A stretch of 64,000 nt of DNA, from positions 32,001-96,000 of the forward strand of contig CAWDLW010000042.1 in the NCBI GenBank assembly GCA_963803145.1, given 5' to 3'. Positions 20,017 through 30,508 of the stretch are shown piece after piece. Origin of the DNA: Methanotrichaceae archaeon (GTDB lineage Archaea; Halobacteriota; Methanosarcinia; Methanotrichales; Methanotrichaceae). Under the pieces are notes generated by a model. It saw only the letters and a program-made list of their open reading frames with translations. It did no database searches and was not told the DNA's origin. Both the position numbers and the translations under genes were made by a program. Position 1 is the first letter of the stretch; every line of letters starts with the position of its first letter.

Positions 20017-20122
20017 GGAGATCCAAGCGATCTGAGCTTGGACACTTCTTTTTCTATTTTAATATGGGCTTCTCTCAGCTTATTACCTTATACTTTTCCT
20101 GCCTTAGTTCCATGTTTTTCGT

Positions 20123-20199
20123 CGTTCTTGGTGGCTTTGTGCCTTTGTGTTTGGCTGTCACTGAACGCTCACCACAAAGACACGAAGGCACGAAGAACG
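20123..20199. repeat. Imperfect 27-bp inverted repeat built of 9-nt units (REP-like)
   Basis: CGTTCTTGGTGGCTTTGTGCCTTTGTG vs CACAAAGACACGAAGGCACGAAGAACG, between convergent genes. Confidence 0.75.
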
Positions 20200-20294
20200 G
20201 ACTTGGAAGCTTGAAATTATTGGGCAATTAGTCAAAAGAATGATTATAGTATTCAACTAACGAATACTTAAAATTCCAATTAGATATTCTCGAA

Positions 20295-20786
20295 CTATAT
20301 ATTCTCGTTTTGATAAACTCCAGAGTATGTCCTATCCGTCGCTCTTCCAAGTCTGAAAAACACAAGCTGCATAAGCCTCGCATTCTTCTTCAGCCTCAGA
20401 CCATGAGGATTGTAAACTACAAGGAGGCTCTGGCTGCGCCCCCGGTAGCCCGGATCCCACAGAGCCGTTTCAAGAGTTGCACCGCTTCTCAGAAGGCTTG
20501 ATCTCGGACGGGCTAAGGCTGCGATATCCTTCGGAACATCCACGATCTCATTGAACGTAATGAGATAAGACCCCTGTCCAAGCATTATCCAGTCCGACTC
20601 GTCAAACTCGAGCAGTTCCCTCTCTGGAAGCTGTCGCTCTTTATTATCGTATGCTAGTGCTCCTGCTGATAGGAAGCTTTCCACGCGGGCAAGCGTAAGC
20701 TCTATGCCGCACATCTGTGTCTGTATTCCCGCATCTATCATGGATTCCACGAGGCCGGCTGCCTCTGCGCCTGCGAGTATTGTCAT
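20295..20786 (-). CDS. Archaeal dUTPase (dCTP deaminase/dUTPase family)
   Basis: ARPRSSLLR, WDPGYRGRS, YSGVYQ. Confidence 0.85.
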   Translation of the reverse strand: MTILAGAEAAGLVESMIDAGIQTQMCGIELTLARVESFLSAGALAYDNKERQLPERELLEFDESDWIMLGQGSYLITFNEIVDVPKDIAALARPRSSLLRSGATLETALWDPGYRGRSQSLLVVYNPHGLRLKKNARLMQLVFFRLGRATDRTYSGVYQNENI

Positions 20787-20895
20787 AATGACACCCTGAT
20801 TACTATCAGCAAAGTTCAGCCAAGCCCATAAATAGCTGTCCATTTCAGAAAGACATATTAACTATTCCTGCTAAATTATTATAGGGTGCTCTAGG

Positions 20896-21702
20896 TTGTT
20901 CGACTTCCTTAATCTGCCGATATTCGCGTTGCCCATCACTATAATCCTTTTGCTTCTCATCATCATAATTCCCCTAATCATTATCTATCTGTTTCTGAGG
21001 CTCACAGAGGCTGCATTTGAACAGGTTGGCTTCGATCACCGGCATGCAACGCTTGCAGTCTTCGGCTCAATCATAGGAAGTCTGATTGATGTACCACTTC
21101 ATTTCGGTACTATCAGCTCCTATCCTGGATGGTACGTAACGCTCGCCAGCACGTTTACTCATGGGTTTCCGACAACCTTCCATCCCTTCTATCTGGCCAT
21201 CAACGTTGGAGGCGCAATAATACCTCTGATAATCTCTATTGACCTCATCGTAGCCCGCAGGGTATCGGCGTGGAAGGCAGCAATAGGTGTATTCATTGTG
21301 GCAATAATAACATATATCCTGGCGGCGCCTGTGCCAAATCAGGGAATAGTTCTGCCCATCTGGGTGTCTCCCACCTTGGCAGCGGTCTGCGGCCTGGTTA
21401 TATCACGCGGCTATGATGGCGCGCCATCGATTGCATATATAAGCGGCTCTATGGGAACTCTTTTGGGTGCAGATATCCTGAACCTCCTGACTCCAGGAGT
21501 CCTCCCAGCTCTCTCGCCCTTGGGACTGCAGACTACTAGGCCACTAACACTATCTATAGGAGGTGCGGGCGTATTCGATGGGATATTCCTAACAGGCATA
21601 TTAGCGGTGCTCTTCGCGGCAGGGATTGTGTGCCTCTTCCATAGATCATGCGATGGCGTAAAGATGCATAGGGACGTGCAAAAAGCCAAAAAAAGCTCTT
21701 AG
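20896..21702 (+). CDS. DUF1614 family membrane protein
   Basis: AINVGGAIIP, GTLLGADILNL, SIGGAGVFDGIFL. Confidence 0.85.
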   Translation: MFDFLNLPIFALPITIILLLLIIIIPLIIIYLFLRLTEAAFEQVGFDHRHATLAVFGSIIGSLIDVPLHFGTISSYPGWYVTLASTFTHGFPTTFHPFYLAINVGGAIIPLIISIDLIVARRVSAWKAAIGVFIVAIITYILAAPVPNQGIVLPIWVSPTLAAVCGLVISRGYDGAPSIAYISGSMGTLLGADILNLLTPGVLPALSPLGLQTTRPLTLSIGGAGVFDGIFLTGILAVLFAAGIVCLFHRSCDGVKMHRDVQKAKKSS

Positions 21703-21743
21703 TTTGAGGTATTGGCTAAAAACCAAAAATATTAGATTAAAAA

Positions 21744-21986
21744 TTAAAAGCCAAGCCCCATTAAATGTATTACTATCACTAGTATGGCACCGAGCACTCC
21801 GCCTATGGCACAGATGATTATGACCAGCCAACCATAGCCTATACCTAAGCCCAAAAACATGTTTGCCAGGAAAAGTATGACCAGGCCGATTACTGCATTG
21901 ACAACGAAATGGGTGACCGACCTCAAGAGTATAAATAAGCCGAATATTATAGCTATAATTAATATTACTATCGCCAGATCTATCAT
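21744..21986 (-). CDS. BofA-like small membrane protein
   Basis: Hydrophobic; NAVIGL..N and GGVLG pattern. Confidence 0.7.
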   Translation of the reverse strand: MIDLAIVILIIAIIFGLFILLRSVTHFVVNAVIGLVILFLANMFLGLGIGYGWLVIIICAIGGVLGAILVIVIHLMGLGF

Positions 21987-22004
21987 ACAACTGTTTAGAT
22001 ACCT

Positions 22005-25000
22005 CTAAGTATTTAAAAAGTTCTGGACCTTCAGCGGTTCAAGCTCACTTTCAAGCCTGTGTAGCTCCTTGGTATCCAAAGAGAGAGGATCGATATATAC
22101 AATCATCACGGCGTACTTTAATGCAATCTCATCTCTTTGTGACTGGATGAATCTGAGAACAGTTTCATAGTTGCTTTGTGTGATGAGATAGCCTACGCCC
22201 TCCAGCAATATTACAGGATAACTTACTCTCTCTAAGAAATCGGAAATTATGCTGCTGAGTCTGGGGAAGTTCGTAGGATCAACTGCTCTGCGCCCTGGTT
22301 CGCTTTTCTGTGTGAGCCAAATGACTGCTTCAATGGGTATGTTATATCTCTCATTTAACAAATCCGGATTGGATCTGCTTATGCATAGACCATCCATTTC
22401 GTGGTTAACAAGCTCGGCGAAAAGTTTGAAGCCCCGCCCCGGATTCTCCTCCTCAACCACATAGGTTGTTCCAGGAATAAGGGCAATTTCGTAAGGGCTT
22501 CTGCCATAGCTTTTCATGAGATCGATCACGGAGGACATGAGATCAAAGCTTTGATCATATTTCTTGATAATCCTTGCTAACCTTCGTATTGCAATGAAGA
22601 AACCGCGACGCGTAAGCACAAGTCCAGAGCTTATTTTTATATCAGATTCTTTCGATCTTACGGCCTCACGCATATCAGGCTCACATGCGAGCGTTGATTC
22701 ATCCCGAGGCGCTGCCTTGGCCTCTTCAAAGAGGGTGCCAGAGGATATGAGCGTATTCACCTCATCCACTACCTGACTTCTTATCGGCTCTTTGAGTCCT
22801 GACAGCATAGCCTCTGAGAATATCTTGAAGAGGTACCCAGATAAAGGTCCCAGAGTAAATAAAAGCTCCTTGACCTCGTTTACATCGTTTGGCAGATCTT
22901 TATGGACAAACTCGCGCCTTTCAGCTAAAAGCATGCGAGTCCCTTTGGAGAGGGTTTCTATCTCGTAGACGAAGTCGAGCACATCTCTTTCAGGAACTAT
23001 TCCAGCATTCTTATTCACAAGATACTCTATATTGTCTATAAGCACTATGCTATTTTTGCTCGACTCAATAAATGACCTGATAGTCATGAATAATAGGGGC
23101 AGGTTCGTTGGAGAGATGTATCGATCGTCCCCTTTCTCTTGGCTGAGTTTGATTATGGGCGTCTCTTTGAATCCCCATCTTACCCGCACCTCCTCCGGAT
23201 CCTGGCGAGTTACGCAGAGCCCCTCTATGCCGTGGGTTATCTGATCTTTGAAGACCTCATATGCCTTATCTGGCGCAATGTACATCTCTCCAGATTTCAG
23301 CACATATGCGGACTGTGTGGCTTCAGCAGCCTCAAGGACAGGTCTTATTGGGACCGTATCCTCAACGATCATCCTTGCAGCCGAGGACCCGATGGAGCCC
23401 GTCAATGTCTTCTCGAACTGTCTCCAAAGTTCTAATAGCCGTTTAGCATCAATCCTCTCGCGAGTAGTTCCAAGGCGCTCCAGGTCAGCATCTACAAGAA
23501 GCCTGGCCCTCTCCTCGCCAATATATCGTGCGAGAGTAGTCTCTAACTCATCGACGGTCCCAAGCTTAATATTCCCCATATCGACCTGCGAGATGCTAGT
23601 TCTCTTCTGGTATATATCGATGAATTGATCAGTGAGGGCAGCCTCATCGGCACTCGGTCTGGACATCAGGGATATAAGCACATACAGGATGCAGTTGGCC
23701 AGAAGCGACCAGAAGAGGGAATGCGTCCATATGTCCAGGTTCATCCCTAAAAGGGCGGTAGGTTTGAGAAGAGATATTCCGAATGGCCCGTTCTTCACGA
23801 GGTTTTCTGAAAGCCATCCTTCCCCAGCTATCGTCGGTATTAGAGCGGTATATATCCAGAGAAGAAAGCCTGTAGCGAGACCAGCTATGGCGCCTTTTCT
23901 GCTGCCCTTCTTCCAATAAAGCCCTCCCAGAGCGGCAGGTGCAAACTGGCTAACTGCCAGGAAGGAGACTATGCCTATATCCGCCAGGCTAAGGTATTCC
24001 ACTGCCTGGGAGTAGAGATAACCAAGGAGAACAACAAGAAGTATGTTCAGACGCCTCATGTTGAGCAGAAGGCTAGGGAGGTTCCTGCCGCCGCCTATGC
24101 GTCTCAGAAGATAGGGCAGCTCAACATCATTAAGCAGCATAGTGCCAACTGCAACCGATTCGACGAGAATCATGGCGGTCGCAGCAGAGGCGCCGCCCAA
24201 GAATATGAATAAAGCTAGAAGGTCCTGGCCATGTGCATATGGTATAGTGATTATAAAGGCATCTTTGAGCCCAGGAGCATTCAAAATGATTCCGCCCCAG
24301 GCTATTGCGGGTACGAAGATATTCATCAGCAAAAGATAGAGCGGAAAAAGCCACATCGCCCTCTTAATGTGTGCCTCTTCTGAGTTCTCAACAACCATGA
24401 CATGGAATTGCCTCGGAAGAAATAGAATTGCAAAAAAGGATATCAGTGTTAGTGAGAACCACATGGTGTAATCAACATCTGTTAGACCTGAATATTCAGG
24501 GCGTACGGCAATCTTATCAAGTATCGTTCCATAGCCTCCGAATATGCCATATGTGACATAGATTCCGGCGAGCAGGAATGCTATAAGCTTGATCATCGAC
24601 TCAAAGGCAACAACTGCAATCAGCCCTTCATGATGCTCCATAGGGTCCAGGTGTCTTGCCCCGAATAGGATAGCAAAGGCCCCCAGAAGTACGGCTACTA
24701 CCAGTTTCCTTTCTATTACCATTCCCGAAAAAAACAGATGTTGCCCGCTAAGAATATCTAACGATGTGGAGATGGCGATGAGCTGTAGAGCTACATAAGG
24801 TGTTATTGCCACCAGGCTAAAGATGGCGACTATGGCTCCGATGGTATAGCTCCTGCCATAGCGGAAACCTATGAAATCACTGATGGAGGTCAGACGGAAC
24901 TCCTTTGAGACGCGAATCATCTTTCTGATGAGAACCCAGCCCAGAAGCATTGCCAGGGTTGGTCCCAGGTAGATAGGCAGAAACTCTAGACCCGTAGATG

Positions 25001-25187
25001 CTGCTCTTCCAATAGAGCCGTAGAACGTCCAGGCAGAGACATATACGCATAGCGACAGTGCGTAGACGTAAGGGTTTGAAACCACACTTTTGCCGAAGAG
25101 TTTCTGCCTGACTGCATATTGGGCTATCCCGAAGAGCAGCAGGAGATACAGTACTAGAGATATGAGAGCTATATTCGGGCCGATCAA
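22005..25187 (-). CDS. SLC5/SSS transporter - STAC - two DUF835 domain fusion
   Basis: SAWTFYGSIGRAA, LPRQFHV, FAPA (CrbS/CbrA-type SLC5); LTGSIGSSAARM (STAC); two GLC(V/I)(T/S)R..PTN modules. Confidence 0.85.
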   Translation of the reverse strand: MIGPNIALISLVLYLLLLFGIAQYAVRQKLFGKSVVSNPYVYALSLCVYVSAWTFYGSIGRAASTGLEFLPIYLGPTLAMLLGWVLIRKMIRVSKEFRLTSISDFIGFRYGRSYTIGAIVAIFSLVAITPYVALQLIAISTSLDILSGQHLFFSGMVIERKLVVAVLLGAFAILFGARHLDPMEHHEGLIAVVAFESMIKLIAFLLAGIYVTYGIFGGYGTILDKIAVRPEYSGLTDVDYTMWFSLTLISFFAILFLPRQFHVMVVENSEEAHIKRAMWLFPLYLLLMNIFVPAIAWGGIILNAPGLKDAFIITIPYAHGQDLLALFIFLGGASAATAMILVESVAVGTMLLNDVELPYLLRRIGGGRNLPSLLLNMRRLNILLVVLLGYLYSQAVEYLSLADIGIVSFLAVSQFAPAALGGLYWKKGSRKGAIAGLATGFLLWIYTALIPTIAGEGWLSENLVKNGPFGISLLKPTALLGMNLDIWTHSLFWSLLANCILYVLISLMSRPSADEAALTDQFIDIYQKRTSISQVDMGNIKLGTVDELETTLARYIGEERARLLVDADLERLGTTRERIDAKRLLELWRQFEKTLTGSIGSSAARMIVEDTVPIRPVLEAAEATQSAYVLKSGEMYIAPDKAYEVFKDQITHGIEGLCVTRQDPEEVRVRWGFKETPIIKLSQEKGDDRYISPTNLPLLFMTIRSFIESSKNSIVLIDNIEYLVNKNAGIVPERDVLDFVYEIETLSKGTRMLLAERREFVHKDLPNDVNEVKELLFTLGPLSGYLFKIFSEAMLSGLKEPIRSQVVDEVNTLISSGTLFEEAKAAPRDESTLACEPDMREAVRSKESDIKISSGLVLTRRGFFIAIRRLARIIKKYDQSFDLMSSVIDLMKSYGRSPYEIALIPGTTYVVEEENPGRGFKLFAELVNHEMDGLCISRSNPDLLNERYNIPIEAVIWLTQKSEPGRRAVDPTNFPRLSSIISDFLERVSYPVILLEGVGYLITQSNYETVLRFIQSQRDEIALKYAVMIVYIDPLSLDTKELHRLESELEPLKVQNFLNT

Positions 25188-25408
25188 TCCATATGCCCCC
25201 TATCACTATGCCCCCTATCAAATAGATACATCAGCAGAATTATTAGCAGCCAGACTGCGGCTACCTGCACCAATACAAGCGGGACGCCAAATAGGGTTTT
25301 GCCCACGGTGAGCGTGAGAAGAGGCCAGTTGAACAGGACCCATCCTAGGATAAAGGAGAATGCCCAGAACTCGTCCTGGCTGAGAAGATCCTCTGCTGAT
25401 GGAGCCAT
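25184..25408 (-). CDS. Small two-TM membrane protein coupled to the SLC5 gene
   Basis: LFNWPLL..FGVP; 4-nt stop/start overlap with the SLC5 gene. Confidence 0.75.
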   Translation of the reverse strand: MAPSAEDLLSQDEFWAFSFILGWVLFNWPLLTLTVGKTLFGVPLVLVQVAAVWLLIILLMYLFDRGHSDRGHMD

Positions 25409-25410
25409 AT

Positions 25411-26088
25411 CTATAAACCTGGATATACCGTTAACCCCTTAACTGATATATCTACCGCGTTCTTCCCCAGATGGTGAGATGTGCCGCACATCTTTAGAAC
25501 CTCAATGGACCTTCTCCTTACCATATTGACTTCGGCGTTCTGCAGAAGTATTATTCCATCTGCCGCCCTCGCCATCTCAATAGGATAAGGTGTGCCTGGC
25601 ATTGAATCGCCTGTGATCAATGCAACAGCCTTGTGCTCCTTAATAATGGTCGAGAGCTTAAGAAGAAATCGTCTGAAATCCCCTTCGAGAGCCACCTCTA
25701 TGACCGAGAGGCTGTCGATCACCACACGTCTACATTGAAATCTCTCCAAATCCGATTGGATCGAATATAACATATCATCGGCGCTTCTCACAGACTCGAT
25801 TACTTTTTCCAGGTCGATATATTTTATCTCTTTTCCAAAATACCTCTTCTCAACAAACTCGTAAGTTGAGATGAATTTAATTACCCATTCGGGCGGCCCT
25901 CCGTAGGTCATGAAGTAGAGCCCTGACTCGCCAAGCTCTGCACCTCTGCATAGGAACTGGTTGCAAAGGGTTGTCTTACCTGAGCCCACATCTCCTGCGA
26001 GCAGTATCAGGGATGGCACAGGAAGGCCGCCCTCAATCATCTCGTCTAGCCCTGAAACCCCTGTAGATACTCTTTCAATCAAGCCCAT
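25411..26088 (-). CDS. Single-domain KaiC/RAD55-like ATPase
   Basis: STGVSGLDEM, GDVGSGKT, VVIDS, ADGII, LKMCGTSH. Confidence 0.9.
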   Translation of the reverse strand: MGLIERVSTGVSGLDEMIEGGLPVPSLILLAGDVGSGKTTLCNQFLCRGAELGESGLYFMTYGGPPEWVIKFISTYEFVEKRYFGKEIKYIDLEKVIESVRSADDMLYSIQSDLERFQCRRVVIDSLSVIEVALEGDFRRFLLKLSTIIKEHKAVALITGDSMPGTPYPIEMARAADGIILLQNAEVNMVRRRSIEVLKMCGTSHHLGKNAVDISVKGLTVYPGL

Positions 26089-26259
26089 GCTATGCCGTCC
26101 CTACCCAATTTACTGACCAAATTGCCCTGCCTCTCTAAAAAAAGGTCGAGCTGATTAGTGGCTGATTGAAATTTATTGTATCTTATCTTATTTGTTTTTT
26201 TGTACACATCGCCAGACTGCTTTTATATAAGGAGACCCTTCTTGAAAGGGTGAGATAAA

Positions 26260-27564
26260 TTGATCCTGAGAACTCATTACTCAAGCGATATAACCCCGGA
26301 TATGAATGGAGCTGAAGTATCTCTAGCGGGTTGGGCACATGAGGTACGCGATCTTGGCGGAGTATGTTTCCTTGTGCTGCGCGATCGTACAGGCATTGCA
26401 CAAGTTACCCTTGTCAAAAAGATGGTTGATAGGGCACTGTTCAATATGGTCCGATCCCTGAGCCGAGAGAGCGTTGTTACTGTGAAAGGAACCGTGAAGG
26501 CTGAACCCAAGGCCCCCAGGGGCTTTGAGATAATTCCATCGGAAATCAAAATCCTGAGCACCGCAGAGGTTCCCCTGCCTCTTGATACGACAGGTAAAGT
26601 AGACTGCGAACTTGATACGCGCCTTGACTCGCGCTTTATGGATATAAGAAGACCCTGCATACTTGCCGGCTTCGAGATTGAGAGCGCTGTTCTTAGAAGC
26701 ATCAGGGATTACTTCTATAGTCAAGGGATTACTGAGGTCTTCACGCCCAAGATTGTTGCAGCTGCGACTGAAGGTGGAACAGATCTGTTTCCCATAAGCT
26801 ACTTCGAGCGCGAAGCATTCCTCAACCAGAGCCCTCAGCTTTACAAGCAGATGCTTATGGCAGCTGGAATGGACAGGGTGTTTGAGATAGGACCCATCTT
26901 CAGGGCTGAGGAACACGATACTCGAAGGCACCTGAATGAGGCAATATCTATAGACATCGAGGTCAGCTTGTCGGATGATAAGGATGTTATGAATCTGCTT
27001 GAAGGTGCAATTGTCAGAGCCTATAGATATGTAACAGAAAACTGCAAACGCCAATTGGGCGTGCTTGGCTTGGATCTTGAGGTTCCGAAGACTCCTTTCA
27101 GAAGAATAACCTATACGGAGGCACTTGAGCTGGCCCGCGAAAAAGGCAATGTTCAGATGCAGTGGGGCGATGATCTGGATACAGAGACCGAGAGGTTACT
27201 TGGCAAAACCATAGGAGAGCATTACTTCCTGACAGATTGGCCTTCGTCAATAAAGCCGTATTATACACTGCCTTATGAGGATAAACCTGAGGTCTGCAGA
27301 GGCTTTGATCTGATGCACCCCAGGATGGAGCTTGCGAGCGGTGCACAGAGGGTACATGATTATGATCTCCTTGTGAAAAGGATAAAGGAGAAGGGGCTAG
27401 ATCCTGCTGGCTTTGAGTTTTACCTGAGAGCCTTTAGGTATGGCATGCCTCCGCATGCTGGCTGGGGTTTGGGATTAAGCAGACTTGTTATGACGATGCT
27501 CAACTTGGAGAACATTCGGGATGCTGTGATCTTCCCAAGGGACCGGATGCGGCTAGTTCCTTAA
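26260..27564 (+). CDS. aspS: Aspartate-tRNA(Asp/Asn) ligase, non-discriminating type
   Basis: [11 protein letters not shown] and KAP (His/Pro of ND enzymes), [24 protein letters not shown]. Confidence 0.95.
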   Translation: MILRTHYSSDITPDMNGAEVSLAGWAHEVRDLGGVCFLVLRDRTGIAQVTLVKKMVDRALFNMVRSLSRESVVTVKGTVKAEPKAPRGFEIIPSEIKILSTAEVPLPLDTTGKVDCELDTRLDSRFMDIRRPCILAGFEIESAVLRSIRDYFYSQGITEVFTPKIVAAATEGGTDLFPISYFEREAFLNQSPQLYKQMLMAAGMDRVFEIGPIFRAEEHDTRRHLNEAISIDIEVSLSDDKDVMNLLEGAIVRAYRYVTENCKRQLGVLGLDLEVPKTPFRRITYTEALELAREKGNVQMQWGDDLDTETERLLGKTIGEHYFLTDWPSSIKPYYTLPYEDKPEVCRGFDLMHPRMELASGAQRVHDYDLLVKRIKEKGLDPAGFEFYLRAFRYGMPPHAGWGLGLSRLVMTMLNLENIRDAVIFPRDRMRLVP

Positions 27565-27718
27565 GTGAGAGGGCATATTTCCTCTCTCGACACTTTTATT
27601 ATCATACCGCCTTAATAAATATATCCAATATAAGAATGATTCAAATAAGCCTTTTGTTATTCGTTTTAAGATTAACTTTATATAATTGCTCATTCAAAAG
27701 AAAACCGGGTTCAGTGTA

Positions 27719-28138
27719 ATGGTGAATAATAGCGTTAGCTTTAGCCATCTACGAATACTTCTTGCCGAAGATGACGCGACAACCAGAAAGGTCATTCTGC
27801 TGATGCTCGAGCGCTTAGGATATAAGGCGGATGTAGCTCTAAATGGTCTTGAAGTTTTACAGGCACTTGAAATGAAGCCATACGACCTAGTGCTCATGGA
27901 TATAGTGATGCCCAAAATGGATGGACTTGAGGCGGCCAGCAAGATCCGTAAGCGTTGGAAGGATTGGCCGAAGATAATTGCATTCACAGCATATCTGCTT
28001 CCCGATATAATGGAAAAGTGTACCGAGGCTGGTATGGATGGTTACCTTGCGAAGCCTGTACGCCTAAATGAGATGCAGGCTGTGCTCAAGCACTTTGATT
28101 TCATTACGGCAGCTAAAAATTCAGTGCCGCCACAGTAG
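27719..28138 (+). CDS. Single-domain response regulator
   Basis: LAEDD, DLVLMDIVMPKMDG, FTA, KP. Confidence 0.9.
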   Translation: MVNNSVSFSHLRILLAEDDATTRKVILLMLERLGYKADVALNGLEVLQALEMKPYDLVLMDIVMPKMDGLEAASKIRKRWKDWPKIIAFTAYLLPDIMEKCTEAGMDGYLAKPVRLNEMQAVLKHFDFITAAKNSVPPQ

Positions 28139-28368
28139 TATACCTTTTCGTTAACTTACTTTAAAATATAAGAATAATGGCTATATCAGGTTTTATTAAT
28201 GTACGCTATTTTTTGTAATATTAAAGCCTCTGATACATGAACGTAACATATGAAAATTATTCATCCTGAAGAGCACTATCAGGCTCTTTTAACCTGTAAA
28301 TGATTTCTATTATCCAAAAGAGCTTTGAACGTTGGGAAATATAATTTAATTTCTGCGGTGAGATTAAG

Positions 28369-29616
28369 TTGAAGATTATCTGCGCCTACAATGTGAACTT
28401 AGATGCCGTACACAGCATAAACGGAAACGAGATATCCGAGCTGATCAGCCGCATGGGTGTAAAGCCAACGCTCGCGCTTCCAGAGATCATATCAAGTATG
28501 GATGATTTTTTCTCGGGGCTTCTTTTCTGTATGAAAACAGGATCGGGAACTGAGCTGCTCATCGATAATCCCGAGGTTGCAGGCATAATCAAAGGCATAT
28601 TCACATGGACTGATCGGCTCGGAGGAAATGCAGGCAACATGGCGAATGCAATGGCTGCCCAGGGAGCTGAGCCTGTTCTAAATGTTCCTGCGCTCACAAA
28701 AAAGCTGTCGTCTCTGCTGGATCCGAATATTAAAGTTCCGAAGAAAGGTGAGCTTGTTTCTCCGGTCGAGGCAATTAGGGATGATGAGGGTCCTGTTCAC
28801 TTCGTTCTTCAGTTCGAAAAGGGTGCGGCTGCTAGCGTTTCTAGCGAAAAGATTGCCTCCCCAAGGGAGAACAGGCTTATAGCGACCTACGATGAGCTGA
28901 ACGGAAGGATCTATACCGATCCTGATTTCGATGCTTACTGTAGAGATAATATTGATAAAGTGGAGGGAGCCTTGGTTGGGGGTTTCCATCTCGTGCCTTT
29001 ATCGGATTATAGGAAGCTTCTTGATAGAAGGATCGATCAAATCGGCTCTTGGAAGGAGAGCAAGCCGGATTTATTCATCCATGCTGAGATGGGGAACTTC
29101 CAGAGGCCTGAGGCAATGATGTATCTGCTGGGACGCCTCAAGTCCGATAGCGTGGGAATGAATGAGGATGAGCTGGCGACGATTTACAGCTTCGTGCCCG
29201 GCTGGAGAGGTGTTCTTGGCGCTGTACAGGGTCTGCGCTCAAAGTTCAAATTTGCAAGGATCTGCGTCCACACTAGGGATTACATACTAAGCGTAATTCA
29301 TGATATACTCAGTCCTGATGAGGAAGTAGAGTCTCTGGCCTACGGGGCAGATGTAGCTGCAACGCTTGCTGCTACTGGAATAGTTATGAAGCCGTTATCA
29401 GGCAAGATAAATCCCATTGGGGCATCAATTGTTGAGGAGTTTTGCCGGTCTGGCGCAAAGCGGTCAGGCCGAGGAGCGTATTTACAATCAAATGATGATA
29501 ATATCTGCATAGTTCCATCTCAATCTGTGATGCACCCCAGGATAACCGTCGGTCTGGGGGATGTTATGACAGCCTCGGTCTTTTACCGCGAGGCTCTATC
29601 GCGACAGAATCATTAA
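28369..29616 (+). CDS. ADP-dependent glucokinase/phosphofructokinase
   Basis: AYNVNLDA, LGGNAGNMAN, GMNEDEL, TVGLGD. Confidence 0.9.
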   Translation: MKIICAYNVNLDAVHSINGNEISELISRMGVKPTLALPEIISSMDDFFSGLLFCMKTGSGTELLIDNPEVAGIIKGIFTWTDRLGGNAGNMANAMAAQGAEPVLNVPALTKKLSSLLDPNIKVPKKGELVSPVEAIRDDEGPVHFVLQFEKGAAASVSSEKIASPRENRLIATYDELNGRIYTDPDFDAYCRDNIDKVEGALVGGFHLVPLSDYRKLLDRRIDQIGSWKESKPDLFIHAEMGNFQRPEAMMYLLGRLKSDSVGMNEDELATIYSFVPGWRGVLGAVQGLRSKFKFARICVHTRDYILSVIHDILSPDEEVESLAYGADVAATLAATGIVMKPLSGKINPIGASIVEEFCRSGAKRSGRGAYLQSNDDNICIVPSQSVMHPRITVGLGDVMTASVFYREALSRQNH

Positions 29617-29638
29617 CCAAGAGATAGATGCGCCAGGT

Positions 29639-30475
29639 ATGAATAAGCTGGATTATACTATATTGATATTATTGGTAATATCCCTTCTTATGCCGGCCTA
29701 CACCTCCGAGAGTGCATGGACTGAGGTGCCATGGAATGATAATTCCTCGATAACCAAAGGCCAGGATTCGATTCTTCCGAATCTACTACCCTTTGATATC
29801 TCAGGCGAAGAGCCCCAGGCATTCTATCTTGGGAGCGAAGAGGTTCCATATTCAGAGTACACTTCCCATGCCAGATCCAGCGAGCTGTGGGTCAGGGATA
29901 ATGCCATAGTTAAAACTGGGAATAATACCAGTAGCAACGCAATATGGAAGCAATACATTCAGATACATCAGGGCGATAGGGTTGATCTTGTTGCCTATAT
30001 GCCAAGGGAAGGCCACGCAGATATCTACAGGATTTCCTACAGCAAAGGCATTACTTCCCATAAAGGGTATGACCTTTTTTCTGGCTATTATAATATGATG
30101 ATTGATGTTGATGAGATCGGCAGGATCTTCCTCCTTCTAGTTTCAGATAACCACCCAAGCGCCGTGATGCTGGATGTTCTGCCTGCGGTAGAGAAACCAT
30201 CCAGTGTACCGGTTGATGTAAGGGCATCGCTGCCCGGAAAAGCAAAGATAACCGTAGAATCTGAAAAAGTGAAGGGCTATGACGTATACGTCGATGGTGC
30301 ATTCTACAGCAGCGATATGGCCGATGACACAATGGATGGCATATCGACCTTCTACTTGGAGGGAGATAGGATGTATACGATAACCATCTCGAAAAGAGAT
30401 ATCACAGGCGCCGTCTACAAGAACGATTATAGAAGAAGCTTTAAGGGAGGAAATGCCTATATCCTGAGGATATAG
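29639..30475 (+). CDS. Secreted hypothetical protein
   Basis: Signal peptide, 278-aa ORF, beta-rich C-terminus (YDVYVDG). Confidence 0.7.
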   Translation: MNKLDYTILILLVISLLMPAYTSESAWTEVPWNDNSSITKGQDSILPNLLPFDISGEEPQAFYLGSEEVPYSEYTSHARSSELWVRDNAIVKTGNNTSSNAIWKQYIQIHQGDRVDLVAYMPREGHADIYRISYSKGITSHKGYDLFSGYYNMMIDVDEIGRIFLLLVSDNHPSAVMLDVLPAVEKPSSVPVDVRASLPGKAKITVESEKVKGYDVYVDGAFYSSDMADDTMDGISTFYLEGDRMYTITISKRDITGAVYKNDYRRSFKGGNAYILRI

Positions 30476-30508
30476 GCTTCAGTTATTATTATGACGAACT
30501 AACTGGTT

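Noticed and set aside
18313-27054. Long antisense ORFs over paaK (240 aa) and aspS (243 aa)
   Set aside because: Fully overlap well-supported genes on the opposite strand and have no motifs
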